NCBI GenBank assembly: GCA_026990035.1
Contig: JALSIM010000015.1
Coordinates: forward strand, 5,132 to 69,131
Source: Alphaproteobacteria bacterium
Lineage (GTDB): Bacteria > Pseudomonadota > Alphaproteobacteria > Geminicoccales > Geminicoccaceae
Reading direction: 5' to 3'
DNA: 64,000 nt
Below are positions 19,497 through 29,947 of this stretch, one piece after another. A model generated the notes under the pieces. That model ran no database searches. It saw only the letters and a list, made by a program, of their open reading frames with translations, and was not told the DNA's origin. Both the position numbers and the translations under genes were made by a program. Numbering within the stretch: the first letter of the stretch is position 1; each line of letters starts with the position of its first letter.

Positions 19497-20418
19497 CGCC
19501 GAGCAGAAGCAGGAACGCCCGCCAGCCGAGCGCGAGCGCGGCTTCGATCTCGGCCCGGCCGATCTCCGCCGGACCGTCGCCGATCCAGGGTTCGGGCGAA
19601 AGTTCGCCCTCGTAGACACGTGGACCGGAAAGGCGCACCCTCAGCGCCCCGGCCATCGCCGCCTCGGGCCAGCCGGCATTCGGCGAACGGTGACGGCGGG
19701 CGTCCCGCCGGATGCACCGAAGCGCATCCATCATCCCGCCCCCGGCGGCCAGTGCGAGAAGGAAAGCCGCGAGCCGGGCCGGGATCCAGTTCGCCAGATC
19801 GTCGAGCCGGGCCGCCACCAGGCCGAATTCGCGATACCGCGCATTGCGGTGGCCGATCATGCTGTCGAGGGTGTTGACCGCCTTGTAGAGGACGAGACCC
19901 GGGAGTCCGAGGAGCAGGGTCCAGACCCAGGGTGCGACTACGCCGTCGGCGAAGTTTTCGGCGAGGGATTCGACCGCGGCACGGCCGATCGCCGGCGGAT
20001 CGAGCCGATCTGGATCGCGGCCCACCAGATGGCCCACCGCCCGCCGTGCCGCGTCGCACCCTCTCTCCAGGGCCGCGGCCACCGCACCGACGTGATCCAC
20101 GAGGCTCCGCCAGGCGAACCAGGGAAAGAACAGCAGGCCGAGGAGGATCCAGCCTGCCGGGAGAGACCGCAGCAGGGGGTCGAGGAGAGCGGCGAGGAGC
20201 CCGAGCGGCGCCAGGAGCAGCAGGACCACCGCCAGACCGGCGATCCGCGCCCCCCTTTCCCGCCACAACCGGGCCTCGAGGGCAGCGATGGCGCGACCGA
20301 CGAGGACCACGGGATGGGGAATCCGGCGCCACAGCAACGGCGGGTCGCCGAACAGCGCATCCGTCACGAGCGCGAGCAGCAGGGCCAGAACGAGAGACCG
20401 GCTGTCGCCCAGGAGCAT
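19468..20418 (-). CDS. cobD: Adenosylcobinamide-phosphate synthase (CobD/CbiB)
   Basis: A membrane protein with [10 protein letters not shown] and NTLDSMIGH motifs. Confidence 0.85.
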   Translation of the reverse strand: MLLGDSRSLVLALLLALVTDALFGDPPLLWRRIPHPVVLVGRAIAALEARLWRERGARIAGLAVVLLLLAPLGLLAALLDPLLRSLPAGWILLGLLFFPWFAWRSLVDHVGAVAAALERGCDAARRAVGHLVGRDPDRLDPPAIGRAAVESLAENFADGVVAPWVWTLLLGLPGLVLYKAVNTLDSMIGHRNARYREFGLVAARLDDLANWIPARLAAFLLALAAGGGMMDALRCIRRDARRHRSPNAGWPEAAMAGALRVRLSGPRVYEGELSPEPWIGDGPAEIGRAEIEAALALGWRAFLLLLGVTFVLLPFV

Positions 20419-20548
20419 GCGTCCCCCCTCGCCGCGGTCGAGAATGCGGGGCGCTCCTAGCAGGCGGTGGCGTGGGCGTCAGCCGTCTTGTTCGGGGCGG
20501 GGAGCGCTGCTATCCACTCTCGCACCTCATGCCCGGGAAGAACATTCC

Positions 20549-21514
20549 ATGAGCCGAACGGGGGTCATGATCTGCGGCCACGGGAGCCGCGACCCGGAGG
20601 CCTGCGCGCAGTTCGCGCGGGTGGTCGAACGCATCGCCGAAAGGCTGCCCGACCGACCCGTCGAGATGGGCTATCTCGAATTCGCCCGACCGGTGATCCG
20701 CGAGGGGCTGGACCGGCTCAGGGAGCGCGGTGTCGATCGGGTGCTCGCCGTGCCCGGGATGCTGTTCGCCGCCGGCCACGTGAAGAACGACGTGCCCTCG
20801 GTGCTGAACGCCTACGCCGCCGAACACGGGATCCGGATCGAGATGGGGCGCGATCTCGGTATCGATCCGCTGCTGCTGGAAGCTTCCCGGGACCGGATCG
20901 AAGAAGCCATGGCCGCGGCCGCCGGCGCCTTTTCCCGCGCGGACACGCTGCTGCTGGTGGTCGGACGCGGCACGTCCGACAGCGATGCCAACGGCAATGT
21001 CGCCAAGGTCGCGCGGATGCTTTGGGAGGGGATGGGATTCGGCCATGCCGAGGTCGCCTACTCCGGGGTCGCCCATCCGCGGACCGACGCCGCCCTCGAA
21101 CGGGCCGTCCGCCTCGGTTTTCCGCATATCGTCGTGTTTCCCTACTTCCTCTTCACCGGCGTGCTGGTGCGGCGGATCTACGACGCCACCGACCGCGTCG
21201 CCGCCGCCCATCCCGGAACCGCCTTCACCAAGGCCCGTTACCTCGACGACCATCCCAATCTGGTCCGGGTCTTCCTCGACCGCATCGAAGGCATCCTCGA
21301 GGGCGACAGCGCCATGAACTGTGCGCTCTGCAAATACCGCGTGCAGATCATCGGCTACGAGGGGGATCTGGGAGCCCCGCAGGAAAGCCACCACCACCAT
21401 GTCGAGGGCATCGGCACCGACGGCGACCATCACCATCACCACCATCATCACCACGCCTCGCATCACCATGACCATCCCTCTCGCGAAGCGCCTCCCTTCC
21501 GCGACGGCGACTGA
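20549..21514 (+). CDS. cbiX: Sirohydrochlorin cobaltochelatase, long form, with a Cys motif and a poly-His tail
   Basis: Contains GVMICGHGSRDP and a duplicated chelatase fold. It carries a C-terminal MNCALC motif (MxCxxC) and the tail HHHHVEGIGTDGDHHHHHHHHHASHHHDH. Confidence 0.85.
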   Translation: MSRTGVMICGHGSRDPEACAQFARVVERIAERLPDRPVEMGYLEFARPVIREGLDRLRERGVDRVLAVPGMLFAAGHVKNDVPSVLNAYAAEHGIRIEMGRDLGIDPLLLEASRDRIEEAMAAAAGAFSRADTLLLVVGRGTSDSDANGNVAKVARMLWEGMGFGHAEVAYSGVAHPRTDAALERAVRLGFPHIVVFPYFLFTGVLVRRIYDATDRVAAAHPGTAFTKARYLDDHPNLVRVFLDRIEGILEGDSAMNCALCKYRVQIIGYEGDLGAPQESHHHHVEGIGTDGDHHHHHHHHHASHHHDHPSREAPPFRDGD

Positions 21515-21515
21515 G

Positions 21516-22151
21516 GTGAGCGGGTCCTGCTGCCCGCGCGACCCGGCGGCGATCTACCGTCTGTCCTTCGCGCGGGCGCGGGCCGAAACCGCTCTCGATC
21601 ACCTCCCTCCCCCGCTGCGCCCGGTGGTGCTGCGGATGGTCCACGCCTGCGGCCTGCCGGAAATCGCCCGCGACATCGCCTGGAAGGGCGATCCGGCGAC
21701 GGCGGCGGGGCGCGCCCTGCACGCGGGGGCGACGATACTCTGCGACACGAGGATGACCGAGGCCGGGATCGTGAAGGAGCGGCTGCCCGCATCCGCCCGC
21801 ACGCTCTGTACCCTGTCGGATCCGCGGGTTCCGGATCTCGCCGCCCGTCTCGGCACCACCCGCTCGGCGGCGGCGGTGGAACGCTGGCGCCCCTGGCTCG
21901 ACGGGGCGGTGGTGGTGATCGGCAACGCGCCCACGGCGCTTTTCCATCTTCTCGAACGACTCGCGGACTGGCGCCTGCGGCCGGCCGCGATCTTCGCCTT
22001 TCCGGTGGGCTTCGTGGGCGCGGCCGAAAGCAAGCGGGCGCTGGCTGAGACCGCCGGCGCGCCGCCCTTCATGACCCTGCACGGGCGGTTCGGCGGCTCG
22101 GCGCTGGCCGCCGCCGCCGTCAACGCGCTGCTTCTCGCGGAAGAGCCATGA
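21516..22151 (+). CDS. cobH: Precorrin-8X / cobalt-precorrin-8 methylmutase
   Basis: Contains VVLRMVHACGLPEIARDI and VIGNAPTALFHLLE. The GTG start lies 2 nt after the cbiX stop. Confidence 0.85.
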   Translation: MSGSCCPRDPAAIYRLSFARARAETALDHLPPPLRPVVLRMVHACGLPEIARDIAWKGDPATAAGRALHAGATILCDTRMTEAGIVKERLPASARTLCTLSDPRVPDLAARLGTTRSAAAVERWRPWLDGAVVVIGNAPTALFHLLERLADWRLRPAAIFAFPVGFVGAAESKRALAETAGAPPFMTLHGRFGGSALAAAAVNALLLAEEP

Positions 22152-23359
22152 ACGCGGCCCCCTGGCTTTCGGTCGTCGGCATCGGCGAGGATGGTCTCGC
22201 GGGGCTCGGCGAAGCGGCCCGGGCGCGGATCGCCGAGGCGCAGGTGCTCGCCGGCGGCCGGCGACACCTGGCCCTGGTGCCGTCTTCCGAGGCGCTGCGG
22301 CTGCCCTGGGGCACGCCGCTCGAGGATTCGGTCCGCGCCCTCGCCGAACACCGGGGAAGGAAAGTGGTGGTGCTGGCTTCCGGCGATCCTTCCTGGTACG
22401 GGGTCGCCAAGGTCGTCCTGCGCCACTTCCCCGCGGAGGAAGTGGTCGTGATCCCCCACCTCTCGGCCTTCCAGCTCGCCGCCGCCCGGCTCGGCTGGCC
22501 CCTCGAGGAGGTGGGGACGGTCAGCCTCCACGGCCGGCCGGTGACGCGTCTCCTGCGCGAAATCGTACCGGGGCGGCGGCTGCTGATCCTCACTTCGGGT
22601 CCCCGGATGCCCTCCTCCATCGCCGATCTCCTCGCCCGCCACGGATACGGGGCGGCGCGGATCACCGTCTTCGGCCGTCTCGGCGGCCCGCGCGAGACGG
22701 TGTGGGAGGGCGGTACGGAGGAGGTGGCCGGCCAGCGCTTTCCCATTCTCAACCTGGTCGCCGTCACCCTTCCCCGCGAACCGGAAGTCACCGCGGAGGG
22801 GACCGTTCTGGAGCTCGAAGACGATGCCTTCGAACACGACGGCAACATCACCAAGGCGGAATATCGGGCGGCGGCGATCGCCCGGTTGCAGCCCGGTCCC
22901 GGACGTCTGCTCTGGGATGTCGGCGCGGGCAGCGGGGCGATGGCCGTCACCTGGCTGTTCCGTTGCCGGGAGGGCGCGGCCACGGCGATCGAGAAGCGGC
23001 CGGACCGGATCGTGCGGATCCGCCGCAACGCCGCACGGCTGGGCACGCCGGAGCTCCGCATCGTCGAGGGCGAGGCCCCCGCGGTCCTGCCGCGGGAGGA
23101 GACCCCGGACGCGGTGTTCATCGGCGGCGGTCTCGCCACCCCGGATCTGCTCCGCCTCTGTTTCGAGCGGCTGGCACCCGGCGGCCGGCTCGTCGCCCAT
23201 GCGGTGACCATGGGAGGCGAGCAGATGCTCTACGGGTTCCATCAGGAGGTCGGTGGCAGCCTCCAGCGTCTGTCCCTGAGCCGGGCGGAGGCGCGCGGCG
23301 ATCATCTCCTCTGGCGACCGCTGGCACCCGTCACCCAGTATGCGATCACCAAGCGATGA
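22148..23359 (+). CDS. cobL: Precorrin-6Y C5,15-methyltransferase (decarboxylating), CbiE+CbiT fusion
   Basis: 403 aa with an N-terminal tetrapyrrole methylase domain and a C-terminal SAM methyltransferase domain (LWDVGAGSG). ATGA overlap with cobH. Confidence 0.85.
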   Translation: MNAAPWLSVVGIGEDGLAGLGEAARARIAEAQVLAGGRRHLALVPSSEALRLPWGTPLEDSVRALAEHRGRKVVVLASGDPSWYGVAKVVLRHFPAEEVVVIPHLSAFQLAAARLGWPLEEVGTVSLHGRPVTRLLREIVPGRRLLILTSGPRMPSSIADLLARHGYGAARITVFGRLGGPRETVWEGGTEEVAGQRFPILNLVAVTLPREPEVTAEGTVLELEDDAFEHDGNITKAEYRAAAIARLQPGPGRLLWDVGAGSGAMAVTWLFRCREGAATAIEKRPDRIVRIRRNAARLGTPELRIVEGEAPAVLPREETPDAVFIGGGLATPDLLRLCFERLAPGGRLVAHAVTMGGEQMLYGFHQEVGGSLQRLSLSRAEARGDHLLWRPLAPVTQYAITKR

Positions 23360-24057
23360 GCGGCGAACTGGTGGGAATCGGCCTCGGTCCGGGCGATCCC
23401 GAACTCCTGACCCTCAAGGCGGTGCGGCTGCTGGGCGAGATCCCGGTGGTGGCGACCATCGCCAGTGACCGGGCCGAGCCGGTGGCGGCGCGGATCGCGG
23501 AACCGCATCTGGCGGCGGATGTCGAGCGGCTCGCCTTCCGCGCGCCCATGCACGCCGATGCCGGGACACGGGCCGCCTTCTACGACGAGGTGGCGACGGT
23601 GATCGGCGAGAAACTCGCGAGCGGAAGGCGGGTCGGCGTGCCCTGCCTCGGCGATCCGCTCTTCTACGGTTCCTTCATCCAGCTTCTCGAACGGCTGGCC
23701 CCGCGCCATCCCTGTTCGGTGGTACCGGGCGTCACCGCTCCGCACGCCGCCTCCGCGGTTCTCCGCCTGCCGCTCGCCCGCGCACGGGAAAGCGTCCTCG
23801 TCCTGCCCGCGACCCTTCCCGACGAAAGGCTGGCGCGCGGGCTCGCGACCGCGGATACGGCCGTTCTCGTCAAGCTCGGCCGCCATCTGCCCCGCATCCG
23901 CCGCCTGCTCGCGAAAGCGGCGCCGGATTTCGCCGCCTGGATCGCGAGCGGCGTCGGCACGCCCGAGGAAAGACTGGCACCTCTGGACCGCTGGCAGGAG
24001 CCGGTCGCTCCCTACATGTCGCTCCTGATCCTGCGACGGGCGATGGCCGCGGGATGA
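23356..24057 (+). CDS. cobI: Precorrin-2 / cobalt-factor II C20-methyltransferase
   Basis: Contains LVGIGLGPGDPELLTLKAV and GDPLFYGSF. ATGA overlap with cobL. Confidence 0.85.
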   Translation: MSGELVGIGLGPGDPELLTLKAVRLLGEIPVVATIASDRAEPVAARIAEPHLAADVERLAFRAPMHADAGTRAAFYDEVATVIGEKLASGRRVGVPCLGDPLFYGSFIQLLERLAPRHPCSVVPGVTAPHAASAVLRLPLARARESVLVLPATLPDERLARGLATADTAVLVKLGRHLPRIRRLLAKAAPDFAAWIASGVGTPEERLAPLDRWQEPVAPYMSLLILRRAMAAG

Positions 24058-25853
24058 GGGCTCCCGCCGTGCTCCTGCTCGCCGCCGGCCAGCGGCCCCT
24101 GGCGGAACGTGTCGCCCTGGCCGTCGGTGGCCGGGTGCACGCCCCGCGGAAGATCGCCCGCGGCGAGGAGACCGGCTATCCGGCGCTGGCGCCGCATCTC
24201 CGTCGCCTGTTCCGCGACGGGGTGCCGATCATCGGTCTTTGCGCGGCCGCCATCCCGATCCGTATCCTGGGTCCGCTCCTCACCGACAAGGCGGAAGAGC
24301 CGCCGGTCCTGGTGGTCGATCCCGACGGAGCCTTCGTGCTGCCCCTTCTCGGCGGGCATCGGGGGGCGAACCGTCTGGCACGCGGGCTGGCGGCGGAAAT
24401 CGGCGCCCGCGCGGTGATCACCACGGCGAGCGAGGCGCTGCTGGGCCTCGCCCTCGACGATCCGCCGCCGGGCTGGAAGTTGCGGGGGCACGGGCATCTC
24501 AAGGCCTTCACCACCCGCCTGCTGGACGGCGGTGGTGTCCGGCTGATCGACGATTGCGGTTGCGCCGGCTGGCTCGCCGCCGGCTCCCTTTCCTTCGCCG
24601 ACACCGCCGAGGACGAGCTTCTCGTCACCTGGCGCGGCGTCGAGCCGACACCGCGCCGTCTCGTCTTCCATCCACCGCTCCTCGCCGTCGGCGTGGGGAC
24701 GGAGCGCGGGGCACCGGCGGAACCTCTCCTGGCCCTCGTCGAGGAAACCCTCGCCGCCGCCGGGGCGAGCCCCGGGGCCGTGGCCTGCGTCGCCTCCCTC
24801 GATCTCAAGGCGGCGGAGCCCGCGGTTCACGCCCTCGCGTCCGCGCTCGGTGTGCCGGCACGCTTCTTCACCCGCGAGGAGCTGGCGGCGCGGAGCGCCG
24901 ATCTGGCGACCCCCTCCGAAGAGGTCCGGCGGGCGGTCGGCGTGGCCGGCGTCGCGGAGGCCGCCGCCCTCGCCGCCGCCGGAGCCGACAGTCGGCTGCT
25001 CGTGCCCAAGCGGCGCGGTGATCGCGTCACCTGCGCGCTGGCGCTCGCCGCGCGTCCGATCGACCCGGCCGCCACCGGCCGTCCGCGGGGCTTCCTCCAT
25101 CTGGTCGGCATCGGGCCGGGGGCCGCCGACTGGCGCACTGCGGAAGTGGAGCGGGTCCTCGAAACGGCCGAGGACATCGTCGGCTACGCGCTCTATCTCG
25201 ACCTTCTCGGTTCCGCGACGGAAGGCAAGGCCCTGCATCGTTTCGGGCTCGGCCGAGAGGAGGAACGCTGCCGCGCGGCCCTCGATCTCGCCGCCTCCGG
25301 CCGGCGGGTCGCCCTCGTCTGTTCGGGTGACCCCGGTGTCTATGCGTTGGCGACGCTGGTCTGCGAGCTGCTGGCCGAAGAAGGCGATGCCCGGCCGGAC
25401 TGGCAGCGGGTGGAACTCGCGGTCTGCCCCGGGATTCCGGCGATGCAGGCCGCCGCCGCCCGGGTCGGAGCCCCCCTCGGCCACGATTTCTGCGTCCTTT
25501 CCCTGTCCGATCTCCTGACGCCCCGGGAGACCATCCTGCGCCGTCTGGAAGCGGCGGCGGCGGCCGATTTCGTCCTCGTGCTCTACAACCCGGTCTCGCG
25601 GCGGCGGCGCGAACTCCTGCCCGCCGCCCGGGAGATCCTGCTCCGGCATCGGCCGGCCGGGACCCCGGTGGTGGTCGCCCGTAATCTCGGCCGCGAGGGG
25701 GAACGGGTGGCGGTCACCACCCTCGCCGAGCTCGATGCCGCGGAGCTCGACATGCTGACGCTGGTGATCGTCGGCAGTCGCGCCACCCGGAGCTTCCGGA
25801 CCCTCGACGGGTGTGCGCGCGTGTACACTCCGCGGGGGTATCGGCGATCATGA
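24054..25853 (+). CDS. CbiG-like domain fused to precorrin-3B / cobalt-factor III C17-methyltransferase (CobJ/CbiH)
   Basis: The N-terminal ~340 aa are CbiG-like. The C-terminal domain starts [16 protein letters not shown] and contains [12 protein letters not shown] overlap with cobI. Confidence 0.8.
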   Translation: MRAPAVLLLAAGQRPLAERVALAVGGRVHAPRKIARGEETGYPALAPHLRRLFRDGVPIIGLCAAAIPIRILGPLLTDKAEEPPVLVVDPDGAFVLPLLGGHRGANRLARGLAAEIGARAVITTASEALLGLALDDPPPGWKLRGHGHLKAFTTRLLDGGGVRLIDDCGCAGWLAAGSLSFADTAEDELLVTWRGVEPTPRRLVFHPPLLAVGVGTERGAPAEPLLALVEETLAAAGASPGAVACVASLDLKAAEPAVHALASALGVPARFFTREELAARSADLATPSEEVRRAVGVAGVAEAAALAAAGADSRLLVPKRRGDRVTCALALAARPIDPAATGRPRGFLHLVGIGPGAADWRTAEVERVLETAEDIVGYALYLDLLGSATEGKALHRFGLGREEERCRAALDLAASGRRVALVCSGDPGVYALATLVCELLAEEGDARPDWQRVELAVCPGIPAMQAAAARVGAPLGHDFCVLSLSDLLTPRETILRRLEAAAAADFVLVLYNPVSRRRRELLPAAREILLRHRPAGTPVVVARNLGREGERVAVTTLAELDAAELDMLTLVIVGSRATRSFRTLDGCARVYTPRGYRRS

Positions 25854-26608
25854 CCGTTCATTTCATCGGCGCCGGGCCGGGCGCCCCCGATCTCATCACC
25901 GTCCGGGGTCTCGAACTGGTGCGTCGCTGCCCGGTGATTCTCTACGCCGGTTCGCTGGTGCCGCGCGAGATCCTGGCCGAAGCGCGGAGCGATGCACGGA
26001 TCCTCGACACCGCGCCGATGACCCTCGACGCCATTCTCGAAGAGATGATCGCCGCCCACCGCCGGGGACAGGAGGTGGCCCGTCTCCATTCCGGTGATCC
26101 CTCGCTCTACGGGGCCATCGCCGAGCAGATACGCCGGCTGGACGCGGTCCGCATCCCCTGGACCATCACCCCCGGGGTTCCGGCCTTCGCTGCCGCGGCG
26201 GCGGCGCTCGGCCGCGAGCTGACCCTGCCCGGCGTCGCCCAGACGGTGATCCTCACCCGCACCTCGGTCCGCGCCTCACCCGTGCCCGAGGGCGAGGATC
26301 TGGCCGCCTACGCCCGCAGCGGCGCCACCCTGGCCATTCATCTGTCCATCACCAATCTCGCCCGGATCCTGCGCGAGCTGGAGCCGGTACTCGGTCCCGC
26401 GGCGCCGATCTTCGTCGTCCATCGGGCGAGCTGGCCCGATCAGCGGATCATCCGCGGGACCATCGCCACCATCCGCGACAAGGTGAAGAAGGCCGGCATC
26501 ACCCGGACCGCCCTCATCCTCGCGGGCGGCGCCCTCGCCACCGAGGATTTCGAGGACAGCCGGCTCTACGCGCCGGATCATCACCATTCGGCGCGTCCGC
26601 GCGAATAG
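25850..26608 (+). CDS. cobM: Precorrin-4 / cobalt-precorrin-4 C11-methyltransferase
   Basis: Contains [20 protein letters not shown] and [14 protein letters not shown] overlap with the upstream gene. Confidence 0.9.
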   Translation: MTVHFIGAGPGAPDLITVRGLELVRRCPVILYAGSLVPREILAEARSDARILDTAPMTLDAILEEMIAAHRRGQEVARLHSGDPSLYGAIAEQIRRLDAVRIPWTITPGVPAFAAAAAALGRELTLPGVAQTVILTRTSVRASPVPEGEDLAAYARSGATLAIHLSITNLARILRELEPVLGPAAPIFVVHRASWPDQRIIRGTIATIRDKVKKAGITRTALILAGGALATEDFEDSRLYAPDHHHSARPRE

Positions 26609-27351
26609 GCGAGCACCGCTTCCACCGCCGCCTCGACGGAGGTCACGCGGTTCCCCGGCAGCGGAGGCGGCCGGGCGATCATCACCACCGGGAGACCGAG
26701 CTCCCGCGCGGCGAGGAGTTTGGGACGGGCGCCCGCACCGCCGCTGTTGCGAACCAGCAGCGCGTCGATGGCGAACCGTGCGAGGAGAGACCGGTCCCCG
26801 GCGACCGTGTAGGGTGGCCGGCCGGTCACGACCTCGACATTGGCCGGCACCGCGGCGGGCGGGGTGATCGCGCGGAGCAGGAAACGGCATTCCGGTAGCT
26901 CGGCGAGGCGCGGAATCTGTTCGCGACCGACGCTGGCGAACACCCGCCGCCCCGACGCCGGGAGGATCTCGAGCGCCCGTTCGAGACTCGGGACCTCCCG
27001 CCAGCGGTCGCCCGCCGCCGGCCGCCAGGGCGGGCGTTCGAGGCGGAGGCAGGGCAGACCGAGTCGCCGGCAGGCGGCCAGCGCATGGGCGGAGATCCGC
27101 CGGGCGAAGGGATGGGTGGCGTCGACGACGAGACCGGTGCCGGTGCACCGCAACCAGTCGCAGAGCCCGTCGATCCCGCCGAACCCGCCGATCCGGCATT
27201 CGCCCGCCGGCAGCATCGGTGTTCGGGTCCGGCCGGCGAGGGAGGTGACCACCCGGATCTCCGGCGCCGCCGCGAGCCGTCCGGCGAGCTCGCGCGCTTC
27301 CGCGGTGCCTCCCAGGAGCAGGAGGCGGAGCCCGTCACCAGCCCTGGGCAC
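26581..27351 (-). CDS. cobK: Precorrin-6A / cobalt-precorrin-6A reductase
   Basis: Contains [19 protein letters not shown] and VVDATHPFA. The GTG start at 27351 overlaps the end of cbiD. Confidence 0.8.
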   Translation of the reverse strand: MPRAGDGLRLLLLGGTAEARELAGRLAAAPEIRVVTSLAGRTRTPMLPAGECRIGGFGGIDGLCDWLRCTGTGLVVDATHPFARRISAHALAACRRLGLPCLRLERPPWRPAAGDRWREVPSLERALEILPASGRRVFASVGREQIPRLAELPECRFLLRAITPPAAVPANVEVVTGRPPYTVAGDRSLLARFAIDALLVRNSGGAGARPKLLAARELGLPVVMIARPPPLPGNRVTSVEAAVEAVLAYSRGRAEW

Positions 27352-28453
27352 GGCCCACGATCCGCCCTCGGCGATCGACCACCAGGACCTCCGCCGCGAT
27401 CCCGCGGCCCAGAACCTCGAGGACGATCTCGCGCGCCCGCCGGGCGACCATCGCCGCGAGCGGTACCGCCGCCCCCGAGGCGAGATCGAGCGCCTCCTTG
27501 CCGGTACGGCAGGCGGCGATCCTCGCCGCCAGATCGGGCGCGGCGCCGGCTTCCCGCGCGAGCGCCGCGAGAAAATCGAAATCCACCCGCGACCGGGAAC
27601 TGTGCAGATCGAGGGCCCCGGCGGCGAGCTTCGCGGTCTTTCCGAAACCACCGGCGAGGGTCAGGCGCGGCAGCGGACGGCGGCGCAGGTACTTGAGTGT
27701 TCCGCCGACGAAATCGCCCATGTCCAGAACCGCGATCTCCGGCAGCCCGTAGAACCGCCGCACGGCCTCTTCCGAGGTGCTGCCGGTGACCGCCGCGACA
27801 TGCTCGATGCCGGCCGCACGCGCGACATCGATGCCCCGCCGGATGGAGTGGATCCAGGCCGAGCAGGAATAGGGCACGACGATGCCCGTGGTGCCGAGGA
27901 TCGAAAGACCACCGAGGATGCCGAGGCGCGGATTCCAGGTCTTGCCGGCGAGCGCCTCGCCGTCCGGGATCGCGATCTCGATTTCCAGATCGGCGGCGCA
28001 GCCGGCGGCCAGCGCGATTTCGGTCACCGCTTCGGTCATCATCCGGCGCGGCACCGGATTGATGGCCGGCTCGCCCGGGGCGAGCGGCAATCCCGGCAGG
28101 GTGACCGTGCCGACCCCGGGGCCCGCCCGGAAGGAGACGCCACGGCCGGCGGGAAGGCGCCGCAGGCTGGCCCTCACCAGACAGCCGTGGGTGACATCGG
28201 GATCGTCACCGGCGTCCTTGACCACCGCCGCCGAGGCCCGCCCGTCGGCGAGGATCCGCTTTTCCGCGAGGGCGAAGCTCGCGCTGCCACCGCGCGGCAG
28301 GCGGATCGTCACCGGATCCGGGAACCCCCGCCCGAACAGGGCCGAGGCGGCGGCCTTGGCGGCTGCGGTGGCACAGGCACCGGTCGTCCAGCCGCGCCGC
28401 AGCGGCCGCTCGCCCGTCCGATCGCTCTTGCCTTGCTGCCGGGTCCGGTTCAT
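27335..28453 (-). CDS. cbiD: Cobalt-precorrin-5B C1-methyltransferase
   Basis: Contains LRRGWTTGACATAAAKAA, GPGVGTVT and TGIVVPYSCSAW. Confidence 0.9.
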   Translation of the reverse strand: MNRTRQQGKSDRTGERPLRRGWTTGACATAAAKAAASALFGRGFPDPVTIRLPRGGSASFALAEKRILADGRASAAVVKDAGDDPDVTHGCLVRASLRRLPAGRGVSFRAGPGVGTVTLPGLPLAPGEPAINPVPRRMMTEAVTEIALAAGCAADLEIEIAIPDGEALAGKTWNPRLGILGGLSILGTTGIVVPYSCSAWIHSIRRGIDVARAAGIEHVAAVTGSTSEEAVRRFYGLPEIAVLDMGDFVGGTLKYLRRRPLPRLTLAGGFGKTAKLAAGALDLHSSRSRVDFDFLAALAREAGAAPDLAARIAACRTGKEALDLASGAAVPLAAMVARRAREIVLEVLGRGIAAEVLVVDRRGRIVGRAQGW

Positions 28454-28495
28454 GGCAGAGGCAGCTTATAGCCGCGTAGCCGGACGGCCGACAGC

Positions 28496-29830
28496 ATGAG
28501 CGCCCCCACCCTCCTGGTCGCCGCCCCCGCCTCGGGCTCGGGGAAGACCATCGCCACCCTCGGCCTGCTGCGTGCCTTCGCCCGGCAGGGGCGGCGGACG
28601 AGTTCGTTCAAGGTCGGTCCGGACTACATCGATCCGGGCTTCCACGCCCGGGTGACCGGGCGCCCCTGTGTCAGCCTCGACAGCTGGGCGATGCGGTTCT
28701 CGACCCTCGCCGGCCTTCTCGAGGAAACCGGCCGGGACGCCGATCTGGTGATCGGCGAGGGGGTGATGGGCCTGTTCGACGGCGCTCCGGACGGCAGCGG
28801 CTCGACGGCCGATCTCGCCGCGCTTTTCGGCCTGCCGGTGCTGCTGGTGGTCGAGGCGGGCAAGATGGGACAGTCGGTGGCGGCGATCGTCGAGGGTTTC
28901 CTGCGGTTCCGGGAAGACGTGGAGATCGTCGGACTGATCCTCAATCGGGTCGGCAGCCCGGCCCATGCGGAGATCCTGCGCGAGGCCTGCGACGCCCGCT
29001 TTTCCCTGCCGCTCCTGGGCTGCATTCCGCGGCATCCGGAGCTCCAGCTCCCGGAGCGTCACCTCGGTCTGGTCCAGGCGGCCGAGCAGCCCCGTCTCAC
29101 CGCGACCCTCGAGCGGGCGGCGGCGCTCGTCGAACGTCATCTCGATCTCGCCCGCATCGCCCGGCTCGCCCGGGCACCCTCGGTCTCGGTGCTGGCCAGC
29201 GCGGTGCGTCCCCTGCCGGCCCTCGGGCAGCGCATCGCCGTCGCCCGGGACGAGGCCTTCGCCTTCGCCTATCCCGCCGTGCTCGAGGGCTGGCGGCGGC
29301 AGGGTGCCGACATCCTGTTCTTCTCGCCGCTCGCCGACGAGCCCCCCGATCCGCGGACCGACGCCGTCTATCTGCCGGGTGGCTATCCGGAGCTCCACGC
29401 CGGTCGGATCGCGGCCGCCACCGGCTTCCTCGACGGGCTGCGGAAGGCGGCGGCCCGCGGTGCCTTCGTTTTCGGCGAATGCGGCGGCTACATGGTGCTC
29501 GGCCGCGAGCTCGTGGACCGCGAGGGCGACACCCATGCGATGGCCGGGCTGCTGCCGGTGCGCACCAGTTTCGAGAAGCCCCGCCTCCACCTCGGCTACC
29601 GCGAGGCGATTCTCGCCGAGAGCTCGCCGCTCGGCCACATCCGCTGCGGTTTTCGCGGCCACGAATTCCATTTCGCGGCGGAGCTGGAGCGCGACGCGAC
29701 GCCCCTCTTCGCCGAGGTCCGCGACGTGCGCGGACGGTCCCTCGGACCGGCCGGTGTGCGTCGGGGGACGGTGGCCGGATCCTTCCTCCATCTCATCGAC
29801 CGGATCGATCATCTGCAGCCCCTCTCCTGA
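28496..29830 (+). CDS. cobB: Cobyrinic acid a,c-diamide synthase
   Basis: Contains LLVAAPASGSGKTIATLGLLRAF and a C-terminal GATase domain (GECGGYMVLG). Confidence 0.9.
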   Translation: MSAPTLLVAAPASGSGKTIATLGLLRAFARQGRRTSSFKVGPDYIDPGFHARVTGRPCVSLDSWAMRFSTLAGLLEETGRDADLVIGEGVMGLFDGAPDGSGSTADLAALFGLPVLLVVEAGKMGQSVAAIVEGFLRFREDVEIVGLILNRVGSPAHAEILREACDARFSLPLLGCIPRHPELQLPERHLGLVQAAEQPRLTATLERAAALVERHLDLARIARLARAPSVSVLASAVRPLPALGQRIAVARDEAFAFAYPAVLEGWRRQGADILFFSPLADEPPDPRTDAVYLPGGYPELHAGRIAAATGFLDGLRKAAARGAFVFGECGGYMVLGRELVDREGDTHAMAGLLPVRTSFEKPRLHLGYREAILAESSPLGHIRCGFRGHEFHFAAELERDATPLFAEVRDVRGRSLGPAGVRRGTVAGSFLHLIDRIDHLQPLS

Positions 29831-29947
29831 CGGCGATCCCGGTCAATTCCATGTCGCCTGCAGAGCATGACCGACGCGGCGATCGCGCCAGATTGCGCCC
29901 GCGGGACGGCGCCGATCCCTTCGTCCCGTCCTGCCGGGGTGAATGCC

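Noticed and set aside
20419-20548. Expected a cobalamin riboswitch upstream of cbiX/cobD. I also checked 17299-17385 and 28454-28495.
   Set aside because: - The leaders are only 42-130 nt long.
- I could not find the B12 box or the conserved GCCACTG core on either strand.
- A covariance-model search is still needed for certainty.
21378-21474. A repetitive CAC/CAT tract that could be mistaken for a tandem repeat or array.
   Set aside because: It is in frame within cbiX and encodes the poly-His tail. It is not a CRISPR array or a non-coding repeat.
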